A DNA stretch of 64,000 nucleotides from Octopus vulgaris (Eukaryota): NCBI GenBank assembly GCA_951406725.2, contig OX597828.1:77190001-77254000 (forward strand), given 5' to 3'. Position numbers and translations under genes: made by a program. The notes below the pieces were generated by a model. It saw only the letters and a program-made list of their open reading frames with translations, was not told the DNA's origin and did not search any database. Positions 28,343 through 41,025 of this stretch are shown here, in pieces. Each line of letters opens with the position of its first letter. The stretch's first letter is position 1.

Positions 28343-29305
28343 TGTATGTATGTATGTATGTATGTATGTATGTATGTATGCATATATCTTATTTATTACA
28401 CTATTGTATGACTGAGCGCCCTCGCGTCGATTCGATTCGATTCGTTTCGTTTCGTTTCGTTTTTTCTTCTTCAAGTACAGTTTTTATATATAATTATGAC
28501 GCGAAACTCCATAACTCTTTGCTTGACCTTCCCTTCTTTCCCTATCTCTCTCTCTCTCTCTCACTCCTCCTCATCTCTCTCACAGCCGCTTGTCTTCCAC
28601 TATCTCTCTCCCTCTCTCACTCCTCCTCATCTCTCTCACAGCCGGCTGACTACTTCCTTTCGCCTGCGGCCTCCTAACTGTAAAAACACGGTTTTTCTTG
28701 CGCTCTTTGAATCTCTCCTCATCTAGGCCAAAAAAGGCTCTCTTTGTTTGTTTTCTTGTTTGTTTTTATTTCTTGTATTGTATTTTTTGTAATTGTATTT
28801 TTATTTTGTATTTTATTTTGTATTTTATTTTGTAATTTTATTTGTATCGTTTTTACGTCTTGTTTGTGTCACCTTTTTTTCTTTCCTTGTTTTTACCCCT
28901 CTGCGAAGTAATTTTATTTAATTATTTCGCAGGAAGGGCTAGTTCGACGAGTCGTGTTCTGTCCTCACCTTCGAAACACGCTGGAGTTGAACTAGGTACA
29001 GCTGATGAAGGGGATTTTTCCTTGTGTAGTTTGTCTTGTACTCTGTTTTTTCGTTGTTAAAAAAGGTCCGTTCCATGCTTGTCTTTACGTTTTCGTTTCT
29101 CGTTAAGTTCTACGTTTATTTGTGGTGTCCTGTACTCACGTATATATATTTATATATGCATGTATATATACATGTAGATGTAGGTACGTACATATATGTA
29201 TGTATGCATATATGTTATTTATTACTCTATTGTATGACTGAGCACCCTCGCGTCGATTCGATTCGTTTCGTTTCGTTTCGTTTCTTCTTCTCCAAGTCAG
29301 TTTAT
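27972..29305. repeat. ~1.5-copy tandem of an 882-bp non-coding unit (direct repeats 27972-28490 and 28854-29305)
   Basis: Both copies start 'tacgtcttgtttgtgtcac' and share 'ggaagggctagttcgacgagtcgtg..cttcgaaacacgctggagttgaactagg..cagctgatgaagggg..ctcgcgtcgattcgattcg'. Confidence 0.9.
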
Positions 29306-29319
29306 ATATATATATATAC

Positions 29320-29366
<47 letters not shown>

Positions 29367-29430
29367 TAAGAAAGTTTGTTTGGTAAAGCACGTGGGTGAA
29401 TATATAAGAAAATAGTAAAGTGTTTATGTT

Positions 29431-29465
<35 letters not shown>

Positions 29466-29469
<4 letters not shown>

Positions 29470-32042
29470 CTTGTGACGTTATGTTTATATTGCATGGAAT
29501 ATCGTTGTTTTTATTTCCAGGGGATTTCTAAATAAGGGGAGGTAGTGAGTGATTTTTTCCGGTGTAGGGGAGATAATCGCTTAAAAATTTTTTTTTTTTT
29601 TCCTTTTTCCTTGTTAATTTCTCTGTGTCAGTATGTTCGGATGGTTGAGTCTGGGTTTGTACTTTTCAATGAAGAATGTTTCCTTGTTCAGTCTCATTTG
29701 TGTTGATGATCCGAAAGCACATTGGTAAAATGGGAAGATTAAAAATTGTGGCAGTAGTTGCTTTGCGCATTTCTCAATGTGCTCACTAAAAGGTATCATT
29801 TTATATTCTGGGAATGCAATCTGTTGTCGATGCAGTGTGCATCTGCGCCTGAGTGATAGTCCCGTGGAACCCACGTAATCTTGGTGGCAGCCCGAGCATT
29901 TAATAACATAAATTATGTTTTCAGAGGCACAAGTAAAGTTAGATTTGATCTTAAATTTCTGTCCCTCTTTAAAGAAGAATTCTGATCCTTCCAATAGGTT
30001 AGGACATGTTGCACAGTTCGATCTACCACATTTTTTTACTTTTGCATCCGTAATTTTAGAAGACAATTTTGCCTTTGTGAGAATCTTTTTAAGTGATTTA
30101 GGCTGTTTGTAGCTTTTAATGATTTGGTGTATGTTTAGAATTTCCTTTAATTTTGGGTTTTTATGAAGTATTGGTAAATTCTGGGTGATGATGGTGAAGG
30201 CTTCTTTGTTTCTGGGGTTGTATGTAGATATGTAAGGTAGTATTTTCGGGGAAGGTGTGTTGTTGTGTTGAACTTTTCTTAAAGTTTCTATGTTGATTTC
30301 TGTTGCACGTCTGATCCCATCCTCTATGAGTTGAGCTGGGTAATGTCTGTCAATTAGGGTGTTTTTGAGTTCTTGCAGTCTAAAGTTCCTGGTATTTTGT
30401 TCTGACACTATTGTGCATATCCTTCTTGCAAGGTTGAAGGGGATGTTTGTTTTAGTGTGTCTTGGGTGGCATGAATTAAAAGAAGGTATTGTTTGGCGTC
30501 TGTGGCTTTGTAAAAAATGTCTGTTTCCATTTTAAGGTTAATTTTTTTAATTAGTATATCCAAGAACGGGAGCTCCTTTTGGTTGTATTCCATTGTGAAC
30601 TGTATATTTGGGTTTATGCTGTTCAATAGGTTTTTAAATTTTAGGAGTTTATCTATGTTTTCATTCCAGAGAATGAAACAATCGTCTAGGAATCGTTTCC
30701 AATTCTCTTTTATGTATTGAGAGAGGGAGTTTCCAAAGATTGATAGAGATTCCTGGTAAATGATTATTTCCATGTATCCCATTGTTAAGTTCGCAATGAC
30801 TGGTGCTGCCCTTGTACCCATAGCAATTCCGGATTTTTGACGGTAAAATGTATTGTCAAACATGAAGTGGTTATTGTGTAGGATGAATTCAACTGATTTA
30901 GTAATGAATTCCTTACTGATCCTTTTTGGTATTTCTTCCGGAAATTGGTCTAACCAGAATTGTATTGCCTCCAGTCCATAATTATGAGGTATACTGGTAT
31001 ACAAGATGACTACATCAAATGAAACCAGGATCGTTTCTTCCTTGGTTTTTTTTGGAAGGTGGTTTAACATATCTAAGTCATCTCTGATATGGCTATCGAT
31101 ATGTTTAAGGAAGGGTTTCAAGAGGATGTCCATAAGTAGACTTAGTCTGTGTGTTTCACAGGTTGGGCCAGCTACAATGGGTTGTAGTTTTAGGTCCCCC
31201 GGATTAGGTGTGTGTATGTATGTATGTCTTTGGTGATTTTTTAATGGTTTCATTTATAATTTGACTTTTATGAATTTTTGGCAGACCATAGAAAAGGCTA
31301 GGTTTGCATTTAAAGTTTGTTAGGAAATCAATCTCTTTGGTTGTCAGTTCCTTTTCATGGGTTTTAATTAGTGAAGATAGAGTTTTCATTATTTTTTGTG
31401 GGGTGTAGTTGGTAATTTTTTCATAATGTAGGTCTTCATCAAGCAAGGAAATTACAAGATTTCTGTAGTATGATGTATCCATTATTACAACTGCATTTCC
31501 CTTGTCCGCTTCCTTAATGGTTATATCTTCATCATTTTTGAGTTCTATCAGTTCTTTCCATTGTGTAGTGTTAAAATTTGGGTTAGCTTTCTGTTTATGT
31601 ATAGTATGGTAGGGGAAGTTCTCAATGTGGTTACAGAATTCGTCAAGATCTTTATTTCTTCCTCTGTGTGGGATGTGTTCACTTTTGTTCTTGACTAGTG
31701 ATTCATCTTCAGTATTGAAACTGTTTGATGCTTCTGCTAGTCTTAATTTTCTGCAAAATTCTGTTATATTATCCTTGAGTTCATTTAGGTTTGCTCTGCG
31801 TGGAGTTGGTGTAAATTTGAGCCCTTTTGCGAGGATGTCAATTTTTATGTTAGAAAGAGGTTTGGTTGAAAGATTGATTATCTTCGGTTTTTCCTTATTA
31901 CTAGGTTCCAGCCTGTGTCCTGGTGTCCCTGGTCCCTGGCTAAAAAATGTTGGGTGTAATTTTGTTTGTATGAGTTGTCTGTGAGGTTGTGTGGTATTTG
32001 GTCGGGGGAGTGGTGGTATTGTTGCCTCCGATCGTTGTGTGT
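29466..32042 (-). mobile_element. Penelope-like element (Neptune type), inverted copy (left arm of palindrome), two frameshifts
   Basis: Reverse complement of ~32260-34787. ORF pieces 31204..31482, 30408..31253 and 29614..30408 are nearly identical to the plus copy. Confidence 0.95.
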
Positions 32043-32766
32043 AAATCTAACTTTACTTGTGCATCTGAAAACATAATTTATGTTATTAAATGCTCGGGCT
32101 GCCACCAAGACTACGTGGGTTCCACGGGACTATCACTCAGGCGCAGATGCACACTGCATCGACAACAGATTGCATTCCCAGAATATAGAATGATACCTTT
32201 TAGTGAGCACATTGAGAAATGCGCAAAGCAACTACTGCCACAATTTTTAAACCTCACATACAACCTCACAGACAACTCATACAAACAAAATTACACCCAA
32301 CATTTTTTAGCCAGGGACCAGGGACACCAGGACACAGGCTGGAACCTAGTAATAAGGAAAAACCGAAGATAATCAATCTTTCAACCAAACCTCTTTCTAA
32401 CATAAAAATTGACATCCTCGCAAAAGGGCTCAAATTTACACCAACTCCACGCAGAGCAAACCTAAATGAACTCAAGGATAATATAACAGAATTTTGCAGA
32501 AAATTAAGACTAGCAGAAGCATCAAACAGTTTCAATACTGAAGATGAATCACTAGTCAAGAACAAAAGTGAACACATCCCACACAGAGGAAGAAATAAAG
32601 ATCTTGACGAATTCTGTAACCACATTGAGAACTTCCCTACCATACTATACATAAACAGAAAGCTAACCCAAATTTTAACACTACACAATGGAAAGAACTG
32701 ATAGAACTCAAAAATGATGAAGATATAACCATTAAGGAAGCGGACAAGGGAAATGCAGTTGTAATA

Positions 32767-34632
32767 ATGGATACATCATACTACAGAAATCTTGTAATTT
32801 CCTTGCTTGATGAAGACCTACATTATGAAAAAATTACCAACTACACCCCACAAAAAATAATGAAAACTCTATCTTCACTAATTAAAACCCATGAAAAGGA
32901 ACTGACAACCAAAGAGATTGATTTCCTAACAAACTTTAAATGCAAACCTAGCCTTTTCTATGGTCTGCCAAAAATTCATAAAAGTCAAATTATAAATGAA
33001 ACCATTAAAAAATCACCAAAGACATACATACACACACCTAATCCGGGGGACCTAAAACTACGACCCATTGTAGCTGGCCCAACCTGTGAAACACACAGAC
33101 TAAGTCTACTTATGGACATCCTCTTGAAATCCTTCCTTAAACATATCGATAGCCATATCAGAGATGACTTAGATATGTTAAACCACCTTCCAAAAAAAAC
33201 CAAGGAAGAAACGATCCTGGTTTCATTTGATGTAGTCAACTTGTATACCAGTATACCTCATAATTATGGACTGGAGGCAATACAATTCTGGTTAGACCAA
33301 TTTCCGGAAGAAATACCAAAAAGGATCAGTAAGGAATTCATTACTAAATCAGTTGAATTCATCCTACACAATAACCACTTCATGTTTGACAATACATTTT
33401 ACCGTCAAAAATCCGGAATTGCTATGGGTACAAGGGCAGCACCAGTCATTGCGAACTTAACAATGGGATACATGGAAATAATCATTTACCAGGAATCTCT
33501 ATCAATCTTTGGAAACTCCCTCTCTCAATACATAAAAGAGAATTGGAAACGATTCCTAGACGATTGTTTCATTCTCTGGAATGAAAACATAGATAAACTC
33601 CTAAAATTTAAAAACCTATTGAACAGCATAAACCCAAATATACAGTTCACAATGGAATACAACCAAAAGGAGCTCCCGTTCTTGGATATACTAATTAAAA
33701 AAATTAACCTTAAAATAGAAACAGACATTTTTTACAAAGCCACAGACGCCAAACAATACCTTCTTTTTAATTCATGCCACCCAAGACACACTAAAACAAA
33801 CATCCCCTTCAACCTTGCAAGAAGGATATGCACAATAGTGTCAGAACAAAATACCAGGAACTTTAGACTGCAAGAACTCAAAAACACCCTAATTGACAGA
33901 CATTACCCAGCTCAACTCATAGAGGATGGGATCAGACGTGCAACAGAAATCAACATAGAAACTTTAAGAAAAGTTCAACACAACAACACACCTTCCCCGA
34001 AAATACTACCTTACATATCTACATACAACCCCAGAAACAAAGAAGCCTTCACCATCATCACCCAGAATTTACCAATACTTCATAAAAACCCAAAATTAAA
34101 GGAAATTCTAAACATACACCAAATCATTAAAAGCTACAAACAGCCTAAATCACTTAAAAAGATTCTCACAAAGGCAAAATTGTCTTCTAAAATTACGGAT
34201 GCAAAAGTAAAAAAATGTGGTAGATCGAACTGTGCAACATGTCCTAACCTATTGGAAGGATCAGAATTCTTCTTTAAAGAGGGACAGAAATTTAAGATCA
34301 AATCTAACTTTACTTGTGCCTCTGAAAACATAATTTATGTTATTAAATGCTCGGGCTGCCACCAAGACTACGTGGGTTCCACGGGACTATCACTCAGGCG
34401 CAGATGCACACTGCATCGACAACAGATTGCATTCCCAGAATATAGAATGATACCTTTTAGTGAGCACATTGAGAAATGCGCAAAGCAACTACTGCCACAA
34501 TTTTTAATCTTCCCATTTTACCAATGTGCTTTCGGATCATCAACACAAATGAGACTGAACAAGGAAACATTCTTCATTGAAAAGTACAAACCCAGACTCA
34601 ACCATCCGAACATACTGACACAGAGAAATTAA
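32767..34632 (+). CDS. Penelope-like reverse transcriptase / GIY-YIG endonuclease (621 aa open portion; frame extends upstream through the DKG motif and, across a 1-nt homopolymer frameshift at ~32635, to ~32260)
   Basis: 'IKEADKGNAVVIMD', 'FYGLPKIHK', 'LRPIVAG', 'LVSFDVVNLYTSIP', 'GIAMGT', 'RFLDD', 'LPFLDI', 'SCHP', Cys motif 'KCGRSNCATC' (typical of the Neptune clade), and 'IIYVIKC..DYVGSTG..LRRRCTLH..E..FI..P.LN'. Confidence 0.95.
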   Translation: MDTSYYRNLVISLLDEDLHYEKITNYTPQKIMKTLSSLIKTHEKELTTKEIDFLTNFKCKPSLFYGLPKIHKSQIINETIKKSPKTYIHTPNPGDLKLRPIVAGPTCETHRLSLLMDILLKSFLKHIDSHIRDDLDMLNHLPKKTKEETILVSFDVVNLYTSIPHNYGLEAIQFWLDQFPEEIPKRISKEFITKSVEFILHNNHFMFDNTFYRQKSGIAMGTRAAPVIANLTMGYMEIIIYQESLSIFGNSLSQYIKENWKRFLDDCFILWNENIDKLLKFKNLLNSINPNIQFTMEYNQKELPFLDILIKKINLKIETDIFYKATDAKQYLLFNSCHPRHTKTNIPFNLARRICTIVSEQNTRNFRLQELKNTLIDRHYPAQLIEDGIRRATEINIETLRKVQHNNTPSPKILPYISTYNPRNKEAFTIITQNLPILHKNPKLKEILNIHQIIKSYKQPKSLKKILTKAKLSSKITDAKVKKCGRSNCATCPNLLEGSEFFFKEGQKFKIKSNFTCASENIIYVIKCSGCHQDYVGSTGLSLRRRCTLHRQQIAFPEYRMIPFSEHIEKCAKQLLPQFLIFPFYQCAFGSSTQMRLNKETFFIEKYKPRLNHPNILTQRN

Positions 34633-34780
34633 CAAGGAAAAGGGAAAAAAAAAAAAAAAAAAAAAATTTAAGCGATTATCTCCCCTACACCGGAAAAAAT
34701 CACTCACTACCTCCCCTTATTTAGAAATCTCCTGGAAATAAAAACAACGATAATTCCATGCAATATAAACATAACGTCAC

Positions 34781-34820
34781 AAGAAATTTGAAAAGCTACA
34801 CGCGAAACCGGTAATTTCTT
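34781..34820 (+). ncRNA. Minimal type I hammerhead ribozyme, U3-A8 core variant
   Basis: AAGAAAU | UUGAAAA | GC-uacac-GC | GAA ACCGGU A | AUUUCUU. Perfect 7-bp stem I, palindromic stem III, GUA triplet, ~150 nt downstream of the PLE stop codon. Confidence 0.72.
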
Positions 34821-35519
34821 TAAAAATTTTAAAATTATGTCATTTTAAGGAAAGGGAAAAAAATTTTTCCAATATTCTCCAGACATTTTGACACAAATAT
34901 ATATATTTTTTAACATTTAAGCCTTCTGTCGTTTTTTCACACTTTACTATTTTCTTATATATATATATATATATACATATATATATGTATGTATGTATGT
35001 ATGTATATATATATATATATATGTATGTATATATATATGTGTGTGTACATGTATGTATACATATATATATACAAATGTGTGTGTGTGTGCGTGTGTACAT
35101 ATGTGTGTGTATAAATATATTAGTGTGTGTTGATAGGCTGGCTTATAATTGCATTAGTTGTATTCAACATCCGAAAAATCAGACGTGATTTTTTATGCGT
35201 TTATGAAACTTGAAGGAATGCACTTCTAAGTCAAGTTGTTAATATTTGTATTCGACGTGGTGAATGTTCATTACTTTCGATGTAGATGGAGCGAGGGGTG
35301 AGGAAGAGTAAGGACAGAACAGAAGGTAGGAGAGAAAAAGAGAAGGAAAGGCTGAAAGAGAGAAAGGATGAAAGAATGACCGAATGAGGCAATGAAAGAG
35401 AGGAGGAAAGGGTAAAAGGAAGTAATGAAAAATAAGACAAGTGGTATGGAGTAAAAAGAACGATAAAAAGAAGGAACAATCAAAAGTCAAAGATAAAAAT
35501 GAAAGAAAACTAACGGGGG

Positions 35520-35554
<35 letters not shown>

Positions 35555-35705
35555 ACGAAAGAAAGGAAGGAAGGAAGGAAGGAAGGAAGGAAGGAAGGAA
35601 GGATAGAAAGGAAGGATAGAAGGAAGGAAGGAAAAAGGAAGGATAGAAGGAAGGAAGGAAGGAAGGAAGGAGGAAGGAAGGAAGGAAAAAGGAAGGAAGG
35701 AAGGA
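35520..35705. repeat. (GAAA)n/(GGAA)n polypurine tract
   Basis: Direct inspection. Confidence 0.9.
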
Positions 35706-36368
35706 ATACGGTAAAAAGAAGGTTAATATAGAATTGTGGAAATGACTTTGAATAAATATACAAACAAAAAATCGAAGAAACGAATAAATAAAAACAATTA
35801 ACGACGATAAAATCACGTGGAAAGAAATGAGGAGTTTTGGTAAAGTGTTTGTTAAAAATATAAGTGGAGAGTTGTTGTTGTTCTGAATGCTCCTTCATGC
35901 GTAAAGATTGGTTGCAGCTTTTAACACTTAGACTCTTCTCTAATTTTCTCTACTAAAACAAATGGACGTGTTTTTTTGGTGTGTTTCGTTAGTGGTGGAG
36001 TGCATCACCAATAGAAAGCTTTTTATTTTTCCGGCTATGAATCTGGCCGACGTAATTGTCAAATATAGGCATCGAAGCAAAAACAAAGTATATTTAGCAG
36101 GTCACTGGAGATCTTCTTCGCTGGCAGACTGTGTGTTTGTTTACTTGGCTTGTCTTTTTTGTCGTGTTTGCGCTGTGTACGTGAGGTCTTGTTGTCTTGT
36201 TTGGCGGGGGTCGGGATGTGAGGACGGGCGCGGGGAGAGATGTATGTGGGGTTTCCGGATTTCTATTTGTCTGTTGTCTGCATAAGTGCATAAGTGTGGG
36301 AATACGCTTGGATGTATGTAAATATATATACATATGTGTGTGCCTGTGTGTGTGCATGTGTATGTATA

Positions 36369-36411
<43 letters not shown>

Positions 36412-37399
36412 ATATATATATACATATGTATGTATGTATGCATATGTGTATAGCTTATATATAAATAAATATATATATAAAAGTATATGAATATAACAAA
36501 TGTCTTTTTCGGAACTGTTATATATATATGGGGATGTAGAATGTGTATACGTGTATATATTGTTGTGTTATGTATGGTGCACATGAAACATATATATATA
36601 AACATATTTATTTATATACATACTCACACATGTGTGTGTCTGTGTATATGTGTATGGATGTATGTGTATATGTGAGTATATGTGTGTATGCGCATCTGTG
36701 TTTGTCACGCTCTGTATAGATATATATATGTATATATGTATAAGCGTTGTACGTCCATGGCTAATAGCGTTTGACGTCTCGTTGGTGAGACGTTATCTTT
36801 CTACATGATTTTATTTTTTCATATATCACCTCCTCTTTAGCTCCATGCCACTACGGAATGGTGTATTTCTCTCTGAGCGTTATCTACGTCCATATGGTTA
36901 TATGTATGAATATTCATGTATATATATATATATATGCGTGTATGTGTGTGTGTATGTGCATATGTATATATGTATCCAAGCACGTTTCTATAAGACATAT
37001 ATGTACAACGACTCTGTGTTTGTGCGTGTGTGTGTGTTCATGTATACGTTATGTATTTGCACAAAAGGTTGGTGCAGATGAACTCTTTGAACGACTTCAT
37101 TTGACATGGCGTTCCCTCTATCTCTTTGAAATGTATGCATATGAATATATTTATGTATGCATGTGTGTATCTGTTTGTAAGTACGTATATCTTAGTATAT
37201 ACAGTTATATTTGTGCATCAGCTATTCATACACACATACGTATGTACAACATCTTATATATATGTGTGTGTGTGTGTGTTTGTGTATTTACAATTTCAGT
37301 ATGTTAGTACATTTCAATATACACACTTATATACGTATATATAAGTATATATACTTATATACGTGTTTATACTTATAGTTATTTGCAGATTATCATATG

Positions 37400-37539
<140 letters not shown>

Positions 37540-37705
37540 GTATACATATTACCTCATTCATGCGCACATATATATATATATATACACAGGTACATGCATA
37601 CATTCTCATAACTAGCCTAAACGTTGCTTATGCCTAAACACTGCTTGGTGCTAACATTACGGTAAATATTTTACTAAATTTCAGTATACACACGCATATG
37701 TATAC

Positions 37706-37778
<73 letters not shown>

Positions 37779-38817
37779 TGTATGTATGTATGTATGTATG
37801 TATGTATGTCTGTATGTATACGCATCAGTCATACAGACGTACGCATATACACGCATACATACATTCTTGTAGCATATCCTGCTGGCAAAATATATTTGCC
37901 TCATAACATGTATTGAAATTTATTCTATTTTGAGATTGGTGAAATCATATTTTGGAACTTGGAAGAAATATATGGCACTGTTCTTCGAGCTATATTTTCT
38001 GTGTGTATGTAAGTATACACACACACACACACAATTTATATATATATATACATATAGATAGATGTCTGTGTCTTGCCTCTGTGTGTGTATGTGTGTGTAT
38101 AAATATATATATATATATGTGTGATGTGTGTGTATGTGTGTATATACGTGTGCTTCCGAGTGTTTCAGCAAATTATTATGAAGACATATGTATACAAGCA
38201 CACACATACATACATACATACATACATACATACACACCCACAGTCACATACACACACATACTCACCCACACAAATGTTATGTTGGTGCTAACGTTCCACA
38301 GAAATGTACAAACATAAGTTCCAATGAAAAGAGATTTTCAGTTCGAAGGAGATACCATTTCGATGCGTAGTTTTGATAGGATAATTCTGCACACGTTCTG
38401 GTTTCATTAAACCTCTTTAACGCTAATTTTGTCTAATTAACAATGGAGCGAATAGTAACTTCCTCTGTCGGTGTTTCATCCATTTGTTCCATATAGGAAT
38501 TCAAAAGTGCAGCATCATCATCTTCCACCACCACTAGCACCACCATCCTACCACAACCATTACCGCCACAACCACCATAACCACAACCACCATCACAACC
38601 ATTAACCCTACCACAAACATAACCACAACCACCCCCACCCCTACCCTACTTTGATTTTCAAGTTTCTTTTTCTTCGCTACTTCCTTCATTCTTATAATGG
38701 GAACTTCCTGTTTACAGATTATAAACTTTTCTTCAGTTCTTCAGCGACGTTTCAACACATGCAATTGAATCGATATAACTATAACCTCTGGTACATATTT
38801 ACAGTTTAAACCTAAAA

Positions 38818-39616
38818 TCTATATATATATAAAAGGCAGTTTGTCTGTCTGTGTGTCTGTCTGTTTGTCTGTGTGTCTGTCAGGTTGTACCCTCACCCTG
38901 ACCACGGTTTTCAACCGATTCTGATGAAACTTGACACACACATAGCCCAATGTCATAATTCAAAACAAACGCAGCGAAAATTTTGAAAAGTTCCCCCAGT
39001 TCTGAAAAAAAAAGATAAATTTGACATGGGGTCGAGAATCTAAGCTTATCATGTGCAACACATTTTCCGTTGTAGTTTTCGCAACTTACAATCGATTTTC
39101 ACCAAACTCATGGTGAAGCTTAATGTTACCCTAAGGAACTTAATTCTGACGTTAGTTTTCCATGCAATACCTTACCATTAGAAAAAAATCGTTAAAATCA
39201 TGCCATTTTGGGAAATCGCGTTCAAATTCAAGATGACATATTTTCGACAATATCTTAAACAAATTGGTAGGGATTTTTTGTGAAATTCACAGCGAGCATC
39301 ATGTCTGCTCCAAGGAGCTATATGGCCCTTTTGATTCCAATAGGATACGTTATTACTGGAAAAAATCGGTTAATTACATCATTTGTGGCACACATAGCAA
39401 ACCGATTTTTCTACGATATTTTTTGAAAGTTCACATAGATTTTCCCTACTTCTTCATGCATGCAAGGGAACGGTGCCTTGAATGCATTAATGCCTTTTAG
39501 GCTTCATTTTACAAAATAACGGTTCAATGAGTACAAAAAAGGATAAAAAAGGTAAAGGGCATTGCTTATCGACAAAGTTTCTTACATACCCGGGCAACGC
39601 CGGGCTATGCTGCTAG
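38818..39616 (+). mobile_element. Complete non-autonomous Helitron (799 bp)
   Basis: A|TCTATATATATATAAAAGGCAG start, internal (TGTC)n, 3' hairpin CCCGG-gcaacg-CCGGG (39589-39604), CTAG|T end: canonical insertion into A|T with no TSD. Confidence 0.9.
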
Positions 39617-40199
39617 TAGCATCTAAGGGGATGATCTGTCAGAATTGTTTACATGTCAGACAAATAAAGACTAAGCGACATTTCATGCGGCTCTTTTCGT
39701 TCAAAATTCAAACTCCCCGGAAGCCGCCTTCACTTTTCAGCTTTATGGAGTCAGTAAACCATTTGTTTACTGGGGTCATCAAAAATTTCAGTTCTTTGAT
39801 CCCAGAGTAGAAAAGATTACTGCCACCAACAAGCTGCAGGTGATTAGATCCGAAACACCTTGGGTACCTGTTCAGAGATTAGCTTTCAAAAAACATCCTG
39901 TTGTATATATCGAGAGACAAAAGTGTATTGACCATACTGTACACTAAACAATCATAAATCTCGTAGCTTTAATTTTTTTCTCAAACCAAATTCTAAAAGA
40001 GAAAAACGACTATATGCTGGCGTGTATAACATGTATAATGTCTGCATATTCAGGAAACGGCACAACCATTAATATTTTGCTTCGGAGAAACTTCCCAAAG
40101 TACATATGTTATTTAAGCATCATGAAAAAATGCAGTCTTTAACAGAGGAAAATATAAAGATCGTAACAGCGAACAACACAAACATGTTGTATTTTTTAT

Positions 40200-40787
40200 C
40201 TTACACTTACTTCAGTCATTAGACTGCGGCCATTAGAGAGGGGAACAAATCGGACCCAGGAGATTTTTCAAATCTAGTACTTATTCTAGCGATATCTTTT
40301 AACTAACCGTTATGCTACGTGGACGTAAACACACCAGCACCGGTGGGAGACAAAAACAGACACAAAGACACACACGCACATGCATATGTACATACATATA
40401 CATATATATGTGTATGCGTGCGTGTGTGTGTGTATGTATATATATATATAAATATCTATGTATATATATATGTGTGTGTGTGTGTGCGCATATGTATATA
40501 TATACATATATACATGCATGCATACATACACACATACATACATACATACATTAATACATACATACATACATACATACATACATACACATATACATACATA
40601 CATACATACATACATACATACATACATACGATGATATTCTTTCAGTTTCCGCGTACCAAATTTACTCGCAAGTCTTTGGTTGGCCCGATACACTAGTAGA
40701 AGACACTTGCCCAAGATACTACGCAGTGGGACTGGACCTGAAACTATGGGGTTTGGAAGCTAGTTTCGTACTCCACAACCACGCCTG
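40200..40787 (-). mobile_element. SINE family B with expanded internal microsatellite
   Basis: 'cttcagtcattagactgcggcca..ggacgtaaacacaccagca..ttctttcagtttcc..agtagaagacacttgcccaag..cagtgggactggacc..ccacaaccacgcctg'. Confidence 0.82.
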
Positions 40788-40992
40788 TGACTATATATAT
40801 ATATATATATGGTATGTATGTATGTATGTATGTATGTATGTATGTATGTATGTATGTATGTATGTATGTATGTGTATGTATGTTTATACAGCCAAACTGC
40901 AAATTACGCCATTTCGATTTAATTCTTTTTTTGATTTTACGCCTGGTTTTAAAAGAAATTTATGCGTGTATATATATATATATATATAAATG

Positions 40993-41025
<33 letters not shown>

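Larger units (their letters stand above)
32260..34960 (+). mobile_element. Penelope-like element (Neptune type), 5'-truncated, with 3' UTR/pLTR
   Basis: RT + GIY-YIG ORF followed by a 3' UTR containing a hammerhead. Confidence 0.95.
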
